64,000 nucleotides of DNA from Candidatus Krumholzibacteriia bacterium (lineage in GTDB: Bacteria; Krumholzibacteriota; Krumholzibacteriia; Krumholzibacteriales; Krumholzibacteriaceae), in assembly GCA_963836185.1 (NCBI GenBank), contig CAWIIQ010000001.1, forward strand, positions 2,009,424-2,073,423, written 5' to 3'. The notes beneath the pieces were generated by a model, which was given only the letters and a program-made list of their open reading frames with translations, made no database searches and was not told where the DNA came from. The first letter of the stretch is position 1; each line of letters opens with the position of its first letter. Below are positions 30,901-40,229 of this stretch, one piece after another. Both the position numbers and the translations under genes were made by a program.

Positions 30901-31629
30901 GTACATGTGCTTGTAGAAGCGAATATCACCGGTCGAAGGATCGAGGTGGTCGCTCCATCCTTCGGCCCCGAGGCCGTAGAAGATGAAATACTCACCTGGC
31001 ATCATCGAACCGGTATTGGCCCCTGAGTAGTGAAGCTCGACTTCGGTGAGATGGTAATCCTCCTCGAAGCTGCCGCCGTAACGTATGCTGTCGGGCTGCT
31101 GCAGCGGGCCTGAAGTGAATATGCGGACTGTCGCGGGATCTATCGTCTGCGGATTGACACCGGCGCCTGTCAGGTCCTCATAAGAGATCCTGTAGAGTCC
31201 AGCGCCTTCCATCGTCAGCTTCAGCCATTTGTCCGACAGAGAGAACTCGAAGGGTGTCCTGTCCGCCGGAGCAGCGAGAGCCGGCCTCTCCTCCGATCCG
31301 GTCCATCTGCCCGCCCCGATGACATACCGGTCCTCCGGTCCCGGGACCGAACGCTTCGCGGAAACAGGTCTCGATGGAGCCCACGACAGCCTGACTGTTA
31401 TCCTCTCCGAGTGAAGCAGGCTTCCGTTTCCCGCATCGGCGATCACCGGGTATATATCTACGAGTGCCAGCCTTCTCTTCCTCATCGTCTCGACCGACGC
31501 GAGTACGGCAAAATCCCTCGGCGCCGCCGGAACGGACTCTCCCCCCGGTAAGACTTCAGGCACGACGCCTTCGACAGGCACGGCATCGCTGCCGAGTACC
31601 TGAAGCCTTATTCCGCGGTCAGCCGGCAC
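27943..31629 (-). CDS. porU: C25 (gingipain-like) cysteine peptidase with a T9SS CTD; candidate PorU
   Basis: 1228 aa; the C25 catalytic His region (...ALVVNYAGHGSPQ...) and Cys region (...LAFSCTVGDLE...) are present, plus a C-terminal sorting domain. It is upstream of porV. Confidence 0.5.
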   Translation of the reverse strand: MPADRGIRLQVLGSDAVPVEGVVPEVLPGGESVPAAPRDFAVLASVETMRKRRLALVDIYPVIADAGNGSLLHSERITVRLSWAPSRPVSAKRSVPGPEDRYVIGAGRWTGSEERPALAAPADRTPFEFSLSDKWLKLTMEGAGLYRISYEDLTGAGVNPQTIDPATVRIFTSGPLQQPDSIRYGGSFEEDYHLTEVELHYSGANTGSMMPGEYFIFYGLGAEGWSDHLDPSTGDIRFYKHMYCENSVYWMSWGGSFEGQPSRVQSRDVAPAGSADLEVNTYSHRIHVERDALYDPIHTDDFWYWRRLNEGTTNFIERFQCVDIAGGGGMVRTLGYGPYIYNNNLNEADCYVNGEHAGHMSWIVYTDFRPDTVETALSSIVEGENQFRLVKTSEDVMYVLWFDLFYERYLKALDGRLDFFAPSDMRTAAITINGFPEAEEIFLFEVTDHAGPVLLTGWQNSQGEIVFEDMLGAVPLHYHASAASSILTPSIIIESMAPGVFPSLRDETPPDMIIVYHRNFREAANRLATHRRDNLPYSADPVVRAVDIEDVYNNFSGGMKDPLAVRNYLKFLYDNFSEGGAPVIDYALLIGNCTYDARDILGRGNDFVPVYINVNYEDQGVEDDDFLVKLDAGYDRMIDVAIGRMPVLTRRAADLWVDRLIRYESDMEMGTWRNRVIVVADDEFSTSTDNDFYFTWDAEWMTADDGPIPRFVDYSKIYLTNYPFVGDLKPGATSDMIEAWSRGALVVNYAGHGSPQQLSDERVLQMSDLYSFVNGDMQPLFLAFSCTVGDLESPFHRSMGQEITVLEEGGAIAVIAGVAPTILIPNRELNYIYFDYLFTGGDSTATEPVGTALMMAKTDDETFMYTSNNAKYILLGDPAMTLSLPHRMVEHEIAPIDTMGTGGRYTLNGRVTEGGELLSTFNGTAEIVVQESMEMISRDIVHWGTPTKLDYRLPGKDIFRGSVDVTAGRFDLDFVVPVRCRTGPRARVRSYVSEMGDDGTGAVDTLAIVTSGTVPPNEGPPDIDMYFSGQATKVKRGAILVADIADSDGIAILGTEPQNSIYFEFDRSGYPIFVTEYFEYEHGSSTTGRVDYPLHTGFEPGEHSVIVRAFDNLGESASDTLVFEVVEEGLYTVSDVFNMPNPFTESTNFVFQLSSRADVLLRVYNLSGVEIWNAEMAAEEGFNSIYWEGRDFIGDQIANGTYIYVLEVSFRDSYNRSETVRGKVVHLR

Positions 31630-31852
31630 TTCTATCAGAAATCTTTTAACGGGAAGGACGGGAAGGCCCGGGATCCTCTCCTGTGTGAAACCCGGGATAC
31701 GAACTTCAGCTGCGCCCGGCAGTGATCACTGGACGGCCCGTAATAAACTCTATCGTGATGCCGGCATCGTCCTCTGAGACGATGCGCCAGTCTGCCGCCC
31801 CGGCGGCGGCCGGAACGAGCAGCGATGATTAGAAGCAGTATCGGAAGCCTCT

Positions 31853-32263
31853 TCATCCGTTCCTCCTGATCATCCATACTATGACGATGGCGGTAAACGC
31901 GACCTGGACAGCGACGCTCCACGCGCCTGTCTCCCTCCCATGCCTGAGAAGTCCCTTCCTGTGACCTGGGAAGATCATCTGGTCCCGGCGGATCTTTCCC
32001 GTCTTCTGGAGCAGGTTCTCGAGATCGGGCAGAACGGCGAAGAGCCCGCAGAGCACGATCGCCGTACTGAAGGCTCCACCCGCGAAAAGAACGATCATCG
32101 CGACGAGCCACAGCACGATCTCCAGGCGGTAATCCTCGAAGTCCTTGTGAGGGATCATATCGAGCAGCAGATGGCTGCCGAGGCCGATAAAAGGTGCCGC
32201 CAACGGAACCGGTATCAGCGATCCGGCCAGCGCTCCGGCGGCAAAATGAGTAAATACGCTCAC
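31853..32263 (-). CDS. DUF457 membrane-bound metal-dependent hydrolase (YdjM-like)
   Basis: VSVFTHFAAGALAGS...GSHLLLDMIPH is the DUF457 signature. The GTG start has a GGAGG RBS 8 nt upstream. The ORF-track N-terminal extension (to 32380) overlaps the Trm112-like gene and is non-coding in this frame. Confidence 0.55.
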   Translation of the reverse strand: MSVFTHFAAGALAGSLIPVPLAAPFIGLGSHLLLDMIPHKDFEDYRLEIVLWLVAMIVLFAGGAFSTAIVLCGLFAVLPDLENLLQKTGKIRRDQMIFPGHRKGLLRHGRETGAWSVAVQVAFTAIVIVWMIRRNG

Positions 32264-32286
32264 GGACTGTGCCTCCGCGGGGGAAA

Positions 32287-32457
32287 TCAGTCGTCGAGAG
32301 GGAGTGCCCGCTCGACGAGCATTATGGGAATATCCTCCTCGATGGGATATCTCACGGCGCAACTCTCGCAGATCAGCCATGAGCCATCCTCACTGAGGAT
32401 GACCTTCTCCTTGCAGCCGGGACAGGCAAGAATATCGAGCAGATCTTTTTTGACCAT
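32287..32457 (-). CDS. Trm112-like / UPF0434 (YcaR) zinc-ribbon protein, 56 aa; absent from the ORF track
   Basis: Minus-strand ATG at 32457 gives MVKKDLLDILACPGCKEKVILSEDGSWLICESCAVRYPIEEDIPIMLVERALPLDD*. The CPxC...CxxC zinc-ribbon and YPI.DGIP.ML motif match the Trm112p/UPF0434 family. Confidence 0.65.
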   Translation of the reverse strand: MVKKDLLDILACPGCKEKVILSEDGSWLICESCAVRYPIEEDIPIMLVERALPLDD

Positions 32458-32641
32458 CGTTCTCTTCCCCTCAAGGAAAAATCCCTGACAAAGACGGAAA
32501 AATCCAACTTCCCATCAGGGACCTGCAGCACAGAAGCAAATTTTCAGTGGGGATCGATGCTCCCCACTCCTCAAGCTGGCTGTATAATTATAAGAAAAAT
32601 CAGGCCTTCAGGTCAAGTCGATAATCGATACAGGCTCTCCG

Positions 32642-33595
32642 TCACTCCTCGAAAGCCCCCATTTCGGAGAATTTCTGCCTCCGCCTCTCTAGAAGAAGAT
32701 CAGCCTGGATATCCTCGATCTTTGCCAGTTCGGCGAGGAACTCATCCCGGATGCGCTCCGCTGTCCCCTCAGGGTCCCTGTGGGCCGCTCCTTTCGATTC
32801 CTCGATCATTCTGTCGATGACATTGAGCTTGAGGCAGTCACCGGCAGTGAGCCGAAGGGCCTCGGCCGCGTCAGGCGCCTTATCCCGGCTCTTCCACAGA
32901 ATCGCGGCGCACCCTTCGGGTGAGATCACCGAGTATATGGAATGCTCCAGCATAAGCACGCTGTCACCGACAGCGAGGGCAAGGGCGCCGCCGCTGCCCC
33001 CCTCCCCGATGATCACTACTACTATCGGAGTATCTATATCGAACACCTGCTGCAGGTTGTCGGCGATCGCCCTCGGCTGGCCCCTCTCCTCGGCATCCAC
33101 GCCGGGGTATGCACCGGGGGTATCGACGATCGAGAGTATCGGCATACCGAACTTCTCGGCCGTTTTCATCAGGCGCAGAGCTTTCCTGAATCCCTCGGGG
33201 CTGGCCATTCCGAAGTTACGGGTTATCTTCTCCTTCGTATTGCGGCCCTTCTCGTGGGCGACGATCATGACCTTTCGTCCACCGATCACGGCGATCCCGC
33301 CGACCACTGCCGGATCGTCCCGGAAGAGGCGGTCGCCATGAAGCTCCTCGAACTCCCCGCCTATCAGCCTGATATAATCGACGGCCGTCGGCCGCATCGG
33401 ATGCCTGGCGAGCTGGACCTGCTCCCAGGCGGAGAGGTCCCTGTATACCTTCTCCTCGAGATCCGCCAGCTTCTGCTCGAGACCGGCGATCTCTCCGGCG
33501 GAGGACTTTCCCTCCTTCTTGAGCCTGTCTATCCTGCCCTGAAGCTCATAGACCGGTTTTTCGAATTCCAGGATCCTCGCTTCATTCTGTTCCAT
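32642..33595 (-). CDS. accA: Acetyl-CoA carboxylase carboxyltransferase alpha subunit
   Basis: 317 aa with ...ARHPMRPTAVDYI...IDTPGAYPGVDAEERGQ..., the canonical AccA sequence. Confidence 0.9.
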   Translation of the reverse strand: MEQNEARILEFEKPVYELQGRIDRLKKEGKSSAGEIAGLEQKLADLEEKVYRDLSAWEQVQLARHPMRPTAVDYIRLIGGEFEELHGDRLFRDDPAVVGGIAVIGGRKVMIVAHEKGRNTKEKITRNFGMASPEGFRKALRLMKTAEKFGMPILSIVDTPGAYPGVDAEERGQPRAIADNLQQVFDIDTPIVVVIIGEGGSGGALALAVGDSVLMLEHSIYSVISPEGCAAILWKSRDKAPDAAEALRLTAGDCLKLNVIDRMIEESKGAAHRDPEGTAERIRDEFLAELAKIEDIQADLLLERRRQKFSEMGAFEE

Positions 33596-33609
33596 CGGAT
33601 CACATCTTT

Positions 33610-34383
33610 CTAGAACCAGTTCATGTAAACGATCTCTACCGAGCGAGCCACACCGCTCTCCGGAATATAGTTGCCGAGCAGGTCCTTGAACAGGAGCCTG
33701 ATCCTCAGGTTCTCTCCGTATTCGAACCTCACTCCGCAGTCCAGATATCCCCTCCCCTTCGTCCTTGAAGTCGGGACATCCGGGTCGTTATCATCGAAAG
33801 CCGCCGTATAATCAAGCAGCAGCGTAAGCCCGTGAACGACGGTAAAAGATGATCCTGCGAAGACATCTATGCCGCTCTCGTCACGGTCCTCGAACGAATA
33901 ATTGATCCCCCCGTGCAGCCCGATATTGATGCGGGCATCGAAGTTCCTGCTAAGCACGGCGTATGCCCCGAGCGACTTGCGCTCGTACCTGTCGTCCTCA
34001 TCTATGTAGTATCCCTCGCCCTGCGTATCGATACCGAGCGCCAGCGCCGGCCCGGCGAGGCCCTCCTCGATCAACCTGAACCTGACCTGGAACCCGGGAA
34101 GATCATTCAGCTCTATATCACCCCGTCCTATGAAGTTCTGAAGCCCGAAGGACAGGCCGAGCATCACCCTGTCCCAGAATCCTACCCCCATGCCGAAGAG
34201 GAGCGCGTTCTCGGGGCCGAGCCTGCCCTCGAACATATACGATCCGTGACCTATCAGCCCGGCAGTCGGTGTGGAGACCACCTTCAGATCCTCGAGCAGC
34301 TGCGCCTCGGCGCCGGCCGCGGCCATCATCACGACAGCGATCACCGTCAGAGTCAGGACGACGGGCCTACGAGACTTCCACAT
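33610..34383 (-). CDS. Small outer-membrane beta-barrel protein (hypothetical)
   Basis: Signal peptide, alternating hydrophobic beta-strands and a C-terminal ...VYMNWF. Confidence 0.45.
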   Translation of the reverse strand: MWKSRRPVVLTLTVIAVVMMAAAGAEAQLLEDLKVVSTPTAGLIGHGSYMFEGRLGPENALLFGMGVGFWDRVMLGLSFGLQNFIGRGDIELNDLPGFQVRFRLIEEGLAGPALALGIDTQGEGYYIDEDDRYERKSLGAYAVLSRNFDARINIGLHGGINYSFEDRDESGIDVFAGSSFTVVHGLTLLLDYTAAFDDNDPDVPTSRTKGRGYLDCGVRFEYGENLRIRLLFKDLLGNYIPESGVARSVEIVYMNWF

Positions 34384-37300
34384 GTTCCACCCCCGATATA
34401 CTCTTCAGTTCACCGATAAGATCGAGGCCGGGGGATACTCCCATCGCCCTTGGCCTGACCTTCCTCTCGCCATCTCCATTGAGCTTCACGTGAAGCACCA
34501 CCGACTTCTCGCCCGAATACCGGGCTATTGCGTCCCTCATTGTCTCGAGCTCAGCTTCACCGAGCTTCTCTCCATCCACTTTCAGGTGCACCGTGCGGGC
34601 GAGATACCTGAGCGATTCATCGATCGTGTATACCTTGTCGGCAATGATCTTCGTATCGCTTCCATCCCTGATCGTGATCTTCCCCGGTATTACTACGAGG
34701 TTGTCCTTCTCCAGCCTCTCCCTGCTCGTGCGGAAGGAGCTGGCGAAAACGATCACCTCGTACGAGCCGTTGAAATCCTCCAGCGTGACAAAAGCCATCG
34801 CCTGGCCCTTCCGGTCGTTGATGATCCTCAGGTCGATCACCATGCCGGCCAGGACTACCTGTTCCTTGTCCTTCTTCTCCTGCAGCGTGGTGCTGTCGAC
34901 CGAGAGAAGGGGCCCGAGGATATCGCGATACTTGTCGAGCGGATGTCCAGAGAAGTAGAACCCGAGCGATTCCTTCTCCCTGTGGAGCCGCTCGCTCTCC
35001 TCCCATTCCGGGATGTCGTCCAGTAGCACCGTCTCGACGTCGGAAGTGCCCTCGCCGAGAAGCAGCGGCACCTGTCCCTTGTCCCTCTCCGATTGCCTGC
35101 GCTGCGCCCGCGCGATGACGCGGTCGAGAGAGACCATCTTCTGCGCCCTGTTTCCAGGCAGGGAATCCATCGCCCCGCTCTGGATGAGGTTGTCGATGAC
35201 ACGGCGGTTTACCTGCCTGAGATCGATACGGTTGCAGAAATCGAACAGGTCGTTGAATGGACCGTTCTCCAGCCTCTCCTTCACGACGCTGTCGATCGCC
35301 TTCTCCCCGACATTCTTTATCGCGGCGAGGCCGTACGTTATCGCTCCGCCGGCCAGCCCGAAGACCGTGCCCCCCGAATTGATGTCGGGCGGGTCGACGA
35401 GGAGATCGAGGTTCCTGCATTCGTCGAGAAGGATGATCAGCCTGTCCGTATTGCCCATGTCGCTCGTCATTGCGGCGGCCATGAATGCCGCCGTATGATG
35501 CGTCTTGAGATAGGCAGTCTGCATCGAGACCATCGCGTAGGCGGCCGAATGCGACTTGTTGAACCCGTACCCGGCAAAGAATGCCATCAGCTCGAAGACC
35601 TTCTTTGCCGTCTTCTGCGGTATGCCGCGCTCCACGGATCCGGAGATGAAAGCCTTGCGCTGCTTCTCCATCTCTTTGACCTTTTTCTTTCCCATCGCGC
35701 GACGCAGGATATCGGCCTGTCCGAGTGTAAAACCGGCCATATCGCTCGCGATGCGCATGACCTGCTCCTGGTAGAGGATCACGCCATATGTCTCCTCGAG
35801 TATAGGTTCGAGAAGCTTGTGGTCGTAACGGATCTTCTTGCGGCCGTGCTTGCGCTCGATGTAATCGTCCACGACTCCTCCGCCGAGAGGGCCGGGACGG
35901 TAAAGCGCGTTGACGGCGGTGATGTCACCGAAGACTGTCGGTACCATCTTGCGAAGCAGGTCCCGCATCCCGGATGACTCGAGCTGGAAGAGGGCGACGG
36001 TCTGCCCCTTCTGAAGGAGTTCGAAAGTCTCCGGATCATCGATCGGTATCTCATCGATATCTATCGCGATACCTTCATGTTTCTTTATCAGAGCGATAGT
36101 GTTCTCGAGATGGGAGAGGGTCTTGAGCCCCAGGATATCTATCTTCAGCAGCCCGATGCTCTCGAGGATCTTCATCTCGTACTGCGTCGTTACTTCGCCC
36201 TTGCTCGAACGATAAAGGGGCACATGATCGACGAGCCTCGTCGGAGTGATCACGAGCCCGGCCGCGTGCGTCGACGCGTGACGTGCCAGTCCCTCGAGAC
36301 GCAGCGACAGGTCGATGAGACGCTTTATCTGCGGTTCGCTCCTGTATTTTGCCTTTATCTCGGGCACTTCCTCCATGGCCTCGGTCAAGCGTAGTACCCG
36401 GCACCGGCGGTATCATCTTGGCGAGTTTGTCGACATCGCCGTACGGTATCTTCAGGACCCTGCCGACATCCCTCACCACTGCCCTCGCCGCCATCCTCCC
36501 GAAGGTGATTATCTGGCAGACATTCTCCTTCCCGTACTTCTCTACGACATGATCGATGACCTCCTGGCGCTTCTCGTCGCAGAAGTCTATATCTATATCC
36601 GGCATGGAGATACGCTCAGGATTTAAGAACCTCTCGAATAGAAGCCCGTTCTCCAGCGGATTGATGTTCGTGATCCCGAGGGCGTAGCAGACGAGGCTCC
36701 CGGCCGCCGAACCCCTTCCCGGGCCGACCGGGATATTCATCTCCTTGGCGGCGTGCACGATATCCCAGACGATAAGGAAGTACCCGGCGAAGTCCATCTT
36801 GTTGATCACGTCGAGCTCGTACCTGACCCTCTCCCTCGCCTCTTCGGTCACCTCGGGAAGACGATCGGGAAGGTACCCCTCGACAAGGTGGCTCAGATAT
36901 TCCTCCGGGCTCTTGAACGGCTCGGGGATCGGGAAGACGGGAAGCTGCGTCCCCTTGTCGGTCAGCTCGAATTCGCACTTCGCCGCGATCTCGAGCGTAT
37001 TCGAAAGCGCGTCGGGATAATCGGCGAAGAGTTTATGCATCTCTTCGGGAGACTTGAAGTATGTCTCGGGGTGCGAGCGCATCCCCCTCGCCGGATCCTC
37101 GAGGTCCTTGCCCGTCTGAAGGCAGAGCAGGACGTCGTGCGCCTCATGGTCGTCGGCCTTGCAGTAATGACAGTCGTTCGTCGCGACGATCGGCAGATCG
37201 AGTTCCCGGGCCAGCTCGACGAGTTTCGGGATCAGTTCGATCTCCTCGGGGATACCATGGTTCTGAAGCTCGATGTAGAAGTCGCCCGGCGCGAAGATCG

Positions 37301-37799
37301 ATGCCAGCCGCTTGGCCAGCTGGGCCGCTTCATCCCTGCGGCCGTCCCTCAGAAGCCTCGGGATCGACCCCTGCAGGCAGGCAGAAAGGCCTATGAGCCC
37401 CTCCGATTTCTGCTCGAGAAGCTCGAGGTCTATCCTCGGCTTGTAATAGAATCCTTCCGTGTAGGCGATCGACGAAAGCTCGAGAAGGTTCCTGTACCCG
37501 GTCTCATTCCTGGCGAGGAGGACGAGATGTTCGTTTCTCGCCTGTCCCCTGGCCGCCGTCTTCTGCAGATGGCCCGCCCTGGCGACATATGTCTCCATGC
37601 CTACGATCGGTTTTATCCCCGCCGCTTTCGCCTCGCGGAAGAAGGGGATCGCTCCGAAGAGATTACCGTGGTCGGTGAGCGCGACCGCTTCCATACCCAT
37701 ATCCACGGCGGTCGATACGAGGTCCTTGATACGGAACGCCCCGTCGAGCAGGCTGTACTCCGAATGATTATGAAGATGAAGAAATCCTGCGCCGGCCAT
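34367..37799 (-). CDS. dnaE: DNA polymerase III alpha subunit DnaE, interrupted by a single frameshift near 36390-36410
   Basis: ORF 36075..37799 encodes the PHP plus polymerase core up to ...DKLAKMIPPVPGTTL, then reads junk. ORF 34367..36388 continues at ...TEAMEEVPEIKAKYRSEPQIKRLIDLSLRLEGLARHASTHAAGLVITPT, which matches DnaE. The two parts are in different frames and are rejoined by removing 1 nt. Confidence 0.8.
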
Positions 37800-37821
37800 T
37801 CTGCCTCTACCTCCCCGCCGC

Positions 37822-40083
37822 CTATTCTAGCACAAATCCGAATTCACCTGCACTCCTGTTTCCGGCCCGGTCGCTGACCTCTATCGTAAGGACCGTATGC
37901 CCCGCCGGGAAAGAGGCTGGAACAGGGATTATGAGCCTTTTTCTGAAGCCGTCCCACTCGCAGACGACCCACTCCCCGCCGAGCCTCGCCTCGGCGGTCC
38001 ATGGATCGACTCCCGTTCCATCCTCGGTCACGGGAACCGAGCAGAAATACGGCTTGAAGAAACCGCTCCCCTCGTGGTTCTTCTCGATCGCGACATGCTC
38101 GATCACCGGCGGGATCCCGTCCCTGAGGTAGATGTACCTCCCCGGCCTGTCGACCGATACGTACCCGCCATCCAGCGCAGGGACACCCACGCATTTCCAG
38201 CCCTTCTCTTCTTCCCAGATAAAGAGCCCCGCATTCGAATCAGGTTCGCAGTAGAGGCGCATCCCCTTAGAGAGGTTCTCCCTGGCGAAGTACAGGTCGA
38301 AGGAGCTGCTGACCGGCTTAAGTCCCGCGGGGATCGTTCCCCGCATGGGGACCTCTTTGACCCTCAGCACAGTGGCGCCGCGCAGCGACGGCCCCTCCAA
38401 CTTTGCCTCGAGCGTATCGGAAAGTGTGAACCGGGCGCTTCCGCCCGAGCGGATGGTGAATATCCTCGCCCCCATCGCGGTGTGGATGGGGAATCCCCCG
38501 TAGCTTATCCCCGCAAATGTAAATATGGTATGCCCGGAATCGATAATATCCGGCCCTGCCATCGCGACATATTTCTTCGGACCTGTCTGGTAGATCTCCA
38601 TAGGGCTGTCTCCGGCAGCTATAATGGGCTCTGCCGCCAGTATGGCATCGGTCTGCACATAGAGGGATACCCCCTGGCCCGATACAAATGGGAAAAGGGC
38701 CGCGAAAGCCATCTCCCTGTCAGACGAATTCCGCGGAGAAGCGAACCACCTGCTGACTTTCGCCCCCTCGTCATCGACAGCGTCTATCCTGAAGACCGCG
38801 CCCGCGCTGTCGGTCACACCCGTCCTGAAATACTGTCCCTCGCGCCGGGCACCGAGCTCTGTCCATCCGACTCCGCCGTCGAAGGATTCAAATACACTGA
38901 TATCTACATCGCCGCCGTCCGGGTCCCCGGCCGAGACGACGACTTCCGCCGCGGCCTCGAGCCTGCGGGCCATGGTTATCTCCGGAAGGTCATGTATGTA
39001 AAAATGGAATATCGCGCTCGACATGTTGCCCGCCGCGTCCCTTACCTTCAGGAGCCCGACGTGAAGCCCCTTCTGAAGGGTCATCCCTGATTCCCTCTGC
39101 CCCGTATGCACGATGCCGGCCCCGGACCTGTCGCCCCTCGTCAACCCGCGCACGGGATAGAGCCTCAGGTAGCGGCCCGCCGGCCCCTCGCCCCTGACAT
39201 GATACTCGGCTGATATCTCGCCCGACTGCGAATATGAAAATAGTTCGTTTCTGACCGTGTAGAGGGCCTGCCCGTCTATTGCCAGCTCTATAGAAACAGG
39301 CGCCATCCTGTACCTGCCGTAACCCTGCTCATCCCATGTGGAAAGAGCGAAGCCGAACTCTCCATCGAGATGAAGTGTGTCGGGCAGGATGAACCTCTTC
39401 GCGCCTGACGCCCTGAAATATCTCACTACCGGCAGGGGGCCGTCTTCAGTCACGCTTCCACCGCCGAGGGGGACTACCTCTAGGCCCGACACGATCGGAG
39501 GTACGATGTCGGGCAGTGAATAGATGTCGATGAGTGGATTAAGCGGTCTTTCGGCCTCGTCGCGCAGCTCGAAGTGCAGGTGCGGCGCGCTCGTCCCGGT
39601 CTCTCCGGAGAAGGCGACCGTATCGCCTACCTCGTAAGAATACGCCCCGTCGGGCAGCCGGAAGTCGCACCAGTTCGTCTCCCTGCGCACCCTGTAGTGC
39701 CACGCCAGCGAATCGACGGTCCTGTTGAACTGGTCGAGATGGGCGTATACGGCGGTGCGCCCGTCGGCGAGCTTGATGTAGAGCGCCTTACCATACCCGG
39801 CGGCGCCTACCTTGACCCTGACAGCCTGCCCTTCCGATACGGCGAGGCACGGCATCCCGACAGCCCCGTACGAGCGAAGATCGATACCGGCATGATAGTG
39901 GCCGTCCCTGTATTCGCTGAAGCTCGAACTGAGGCGCCTGTTGCCGTGAAGGGGCCACAGGTAGACCTCGCCGTGAACCGGCTCCGGCAGCGCCGGAAGC
40001 AGCGCCGCAGCTAGAAAGGCGACCACGGAAAGCTGCGAAAACAGCCCCCCGCGCAGGTTATAAGACACTCTCTTTCCAGACAT
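37822..40083 (-). CDS. M23-family (LytM-like) peptidase with a large C-terminal extension
   Basis: Signal peptide and an M23 domain with HYHAGIDL...GETGTSAPHLHFELRDE (HxxxD, HxH) near the N-terminus, followed by ~550 aa of beta-rich sequence. Confidence 0.65.
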   Translation of the reverse strand: MSGKRVSYNLRGGLFSQLSVVAFLAAALLPALPEPVHGEVYLWPLHGNRRLSSSFSEYRDGHYHAGIDLRSYGAVGMPCLAVSEGQAVRVKVGAAGYGKALYIKLADGRTAVYAHLDQFNRTVDSLAWHYRVRRETNWCDFRLPDGAYSYEVGDTVAFSGETGTSAPHLHFELRDEAERPLNPLIDIYSLPDIVPPIVSGLEVVPLGGGSVTEDGPLPVVRYFRASGAKRFILPDTLHLDGEFGFALSTWDEQGYGRYRMAPVSIELAIDGQALYTVRNELFSYSQSGEISAEYHVRGEGPAGRYLRLYPVRGLTRGDRSGAGIVHTGQRESGMTLQKGLHVGLLKVRDAAGNMSSAIFHFYIHDLPEITMARRLEAAAEVVVSAGDPDGGDVDISVFESFDGGVGWTELGARREGQYFRTGVTDSAGAVFRIDAVDDEGAKVSRWFASPRNSSDREMAFAALFPFVSGQGVSLYVQTDAILAAEPIIAAGDSPMEIYQTGPKKYVAMAGPDIIDSGHTIFTFAGISYGGFPIHTAMGARIFTIRSGGSARFTLSDTLEAKLEGPSLRGATVLRVKEVPMRGTIPAGLKPVSSSFDLYFARENLSKGMRLYCEPDSNAGLFIWEEEKGWKCVGVPALDGGYVSVDRPGRYIYLRDGIPPVIEHVAIEKNHEGSGFFKPYFCSVPVTEDGTGVDPWTAEARLGGEWVVCEWDGFRKRLIIPVPASFPAGHTVLTIEVSDRAGNRSAGEFGFVLE

Positions 40084-40229
40084 ATCCCGTGGAAACTACC
40101 ACCGCCGGGACACAGGTGTCAACGCCGTTAAAAGATTTGCAAGCAGACAACATATTTGCTACCTTAATAGACTATGACTGAATGATTTCTGGATATTCGA
40201 CAAGTTTCGAAAGGACAGGGTAGCGGCAG

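Noticed and set aside
31635-32111. 158-aa ORF MARRDDRSF...
   Set aside because: It is an alternative frame over the DUF457 membrane-protein gene, with Arg/Asp-rich composition typical of out-of-frame GC-rich DNA.
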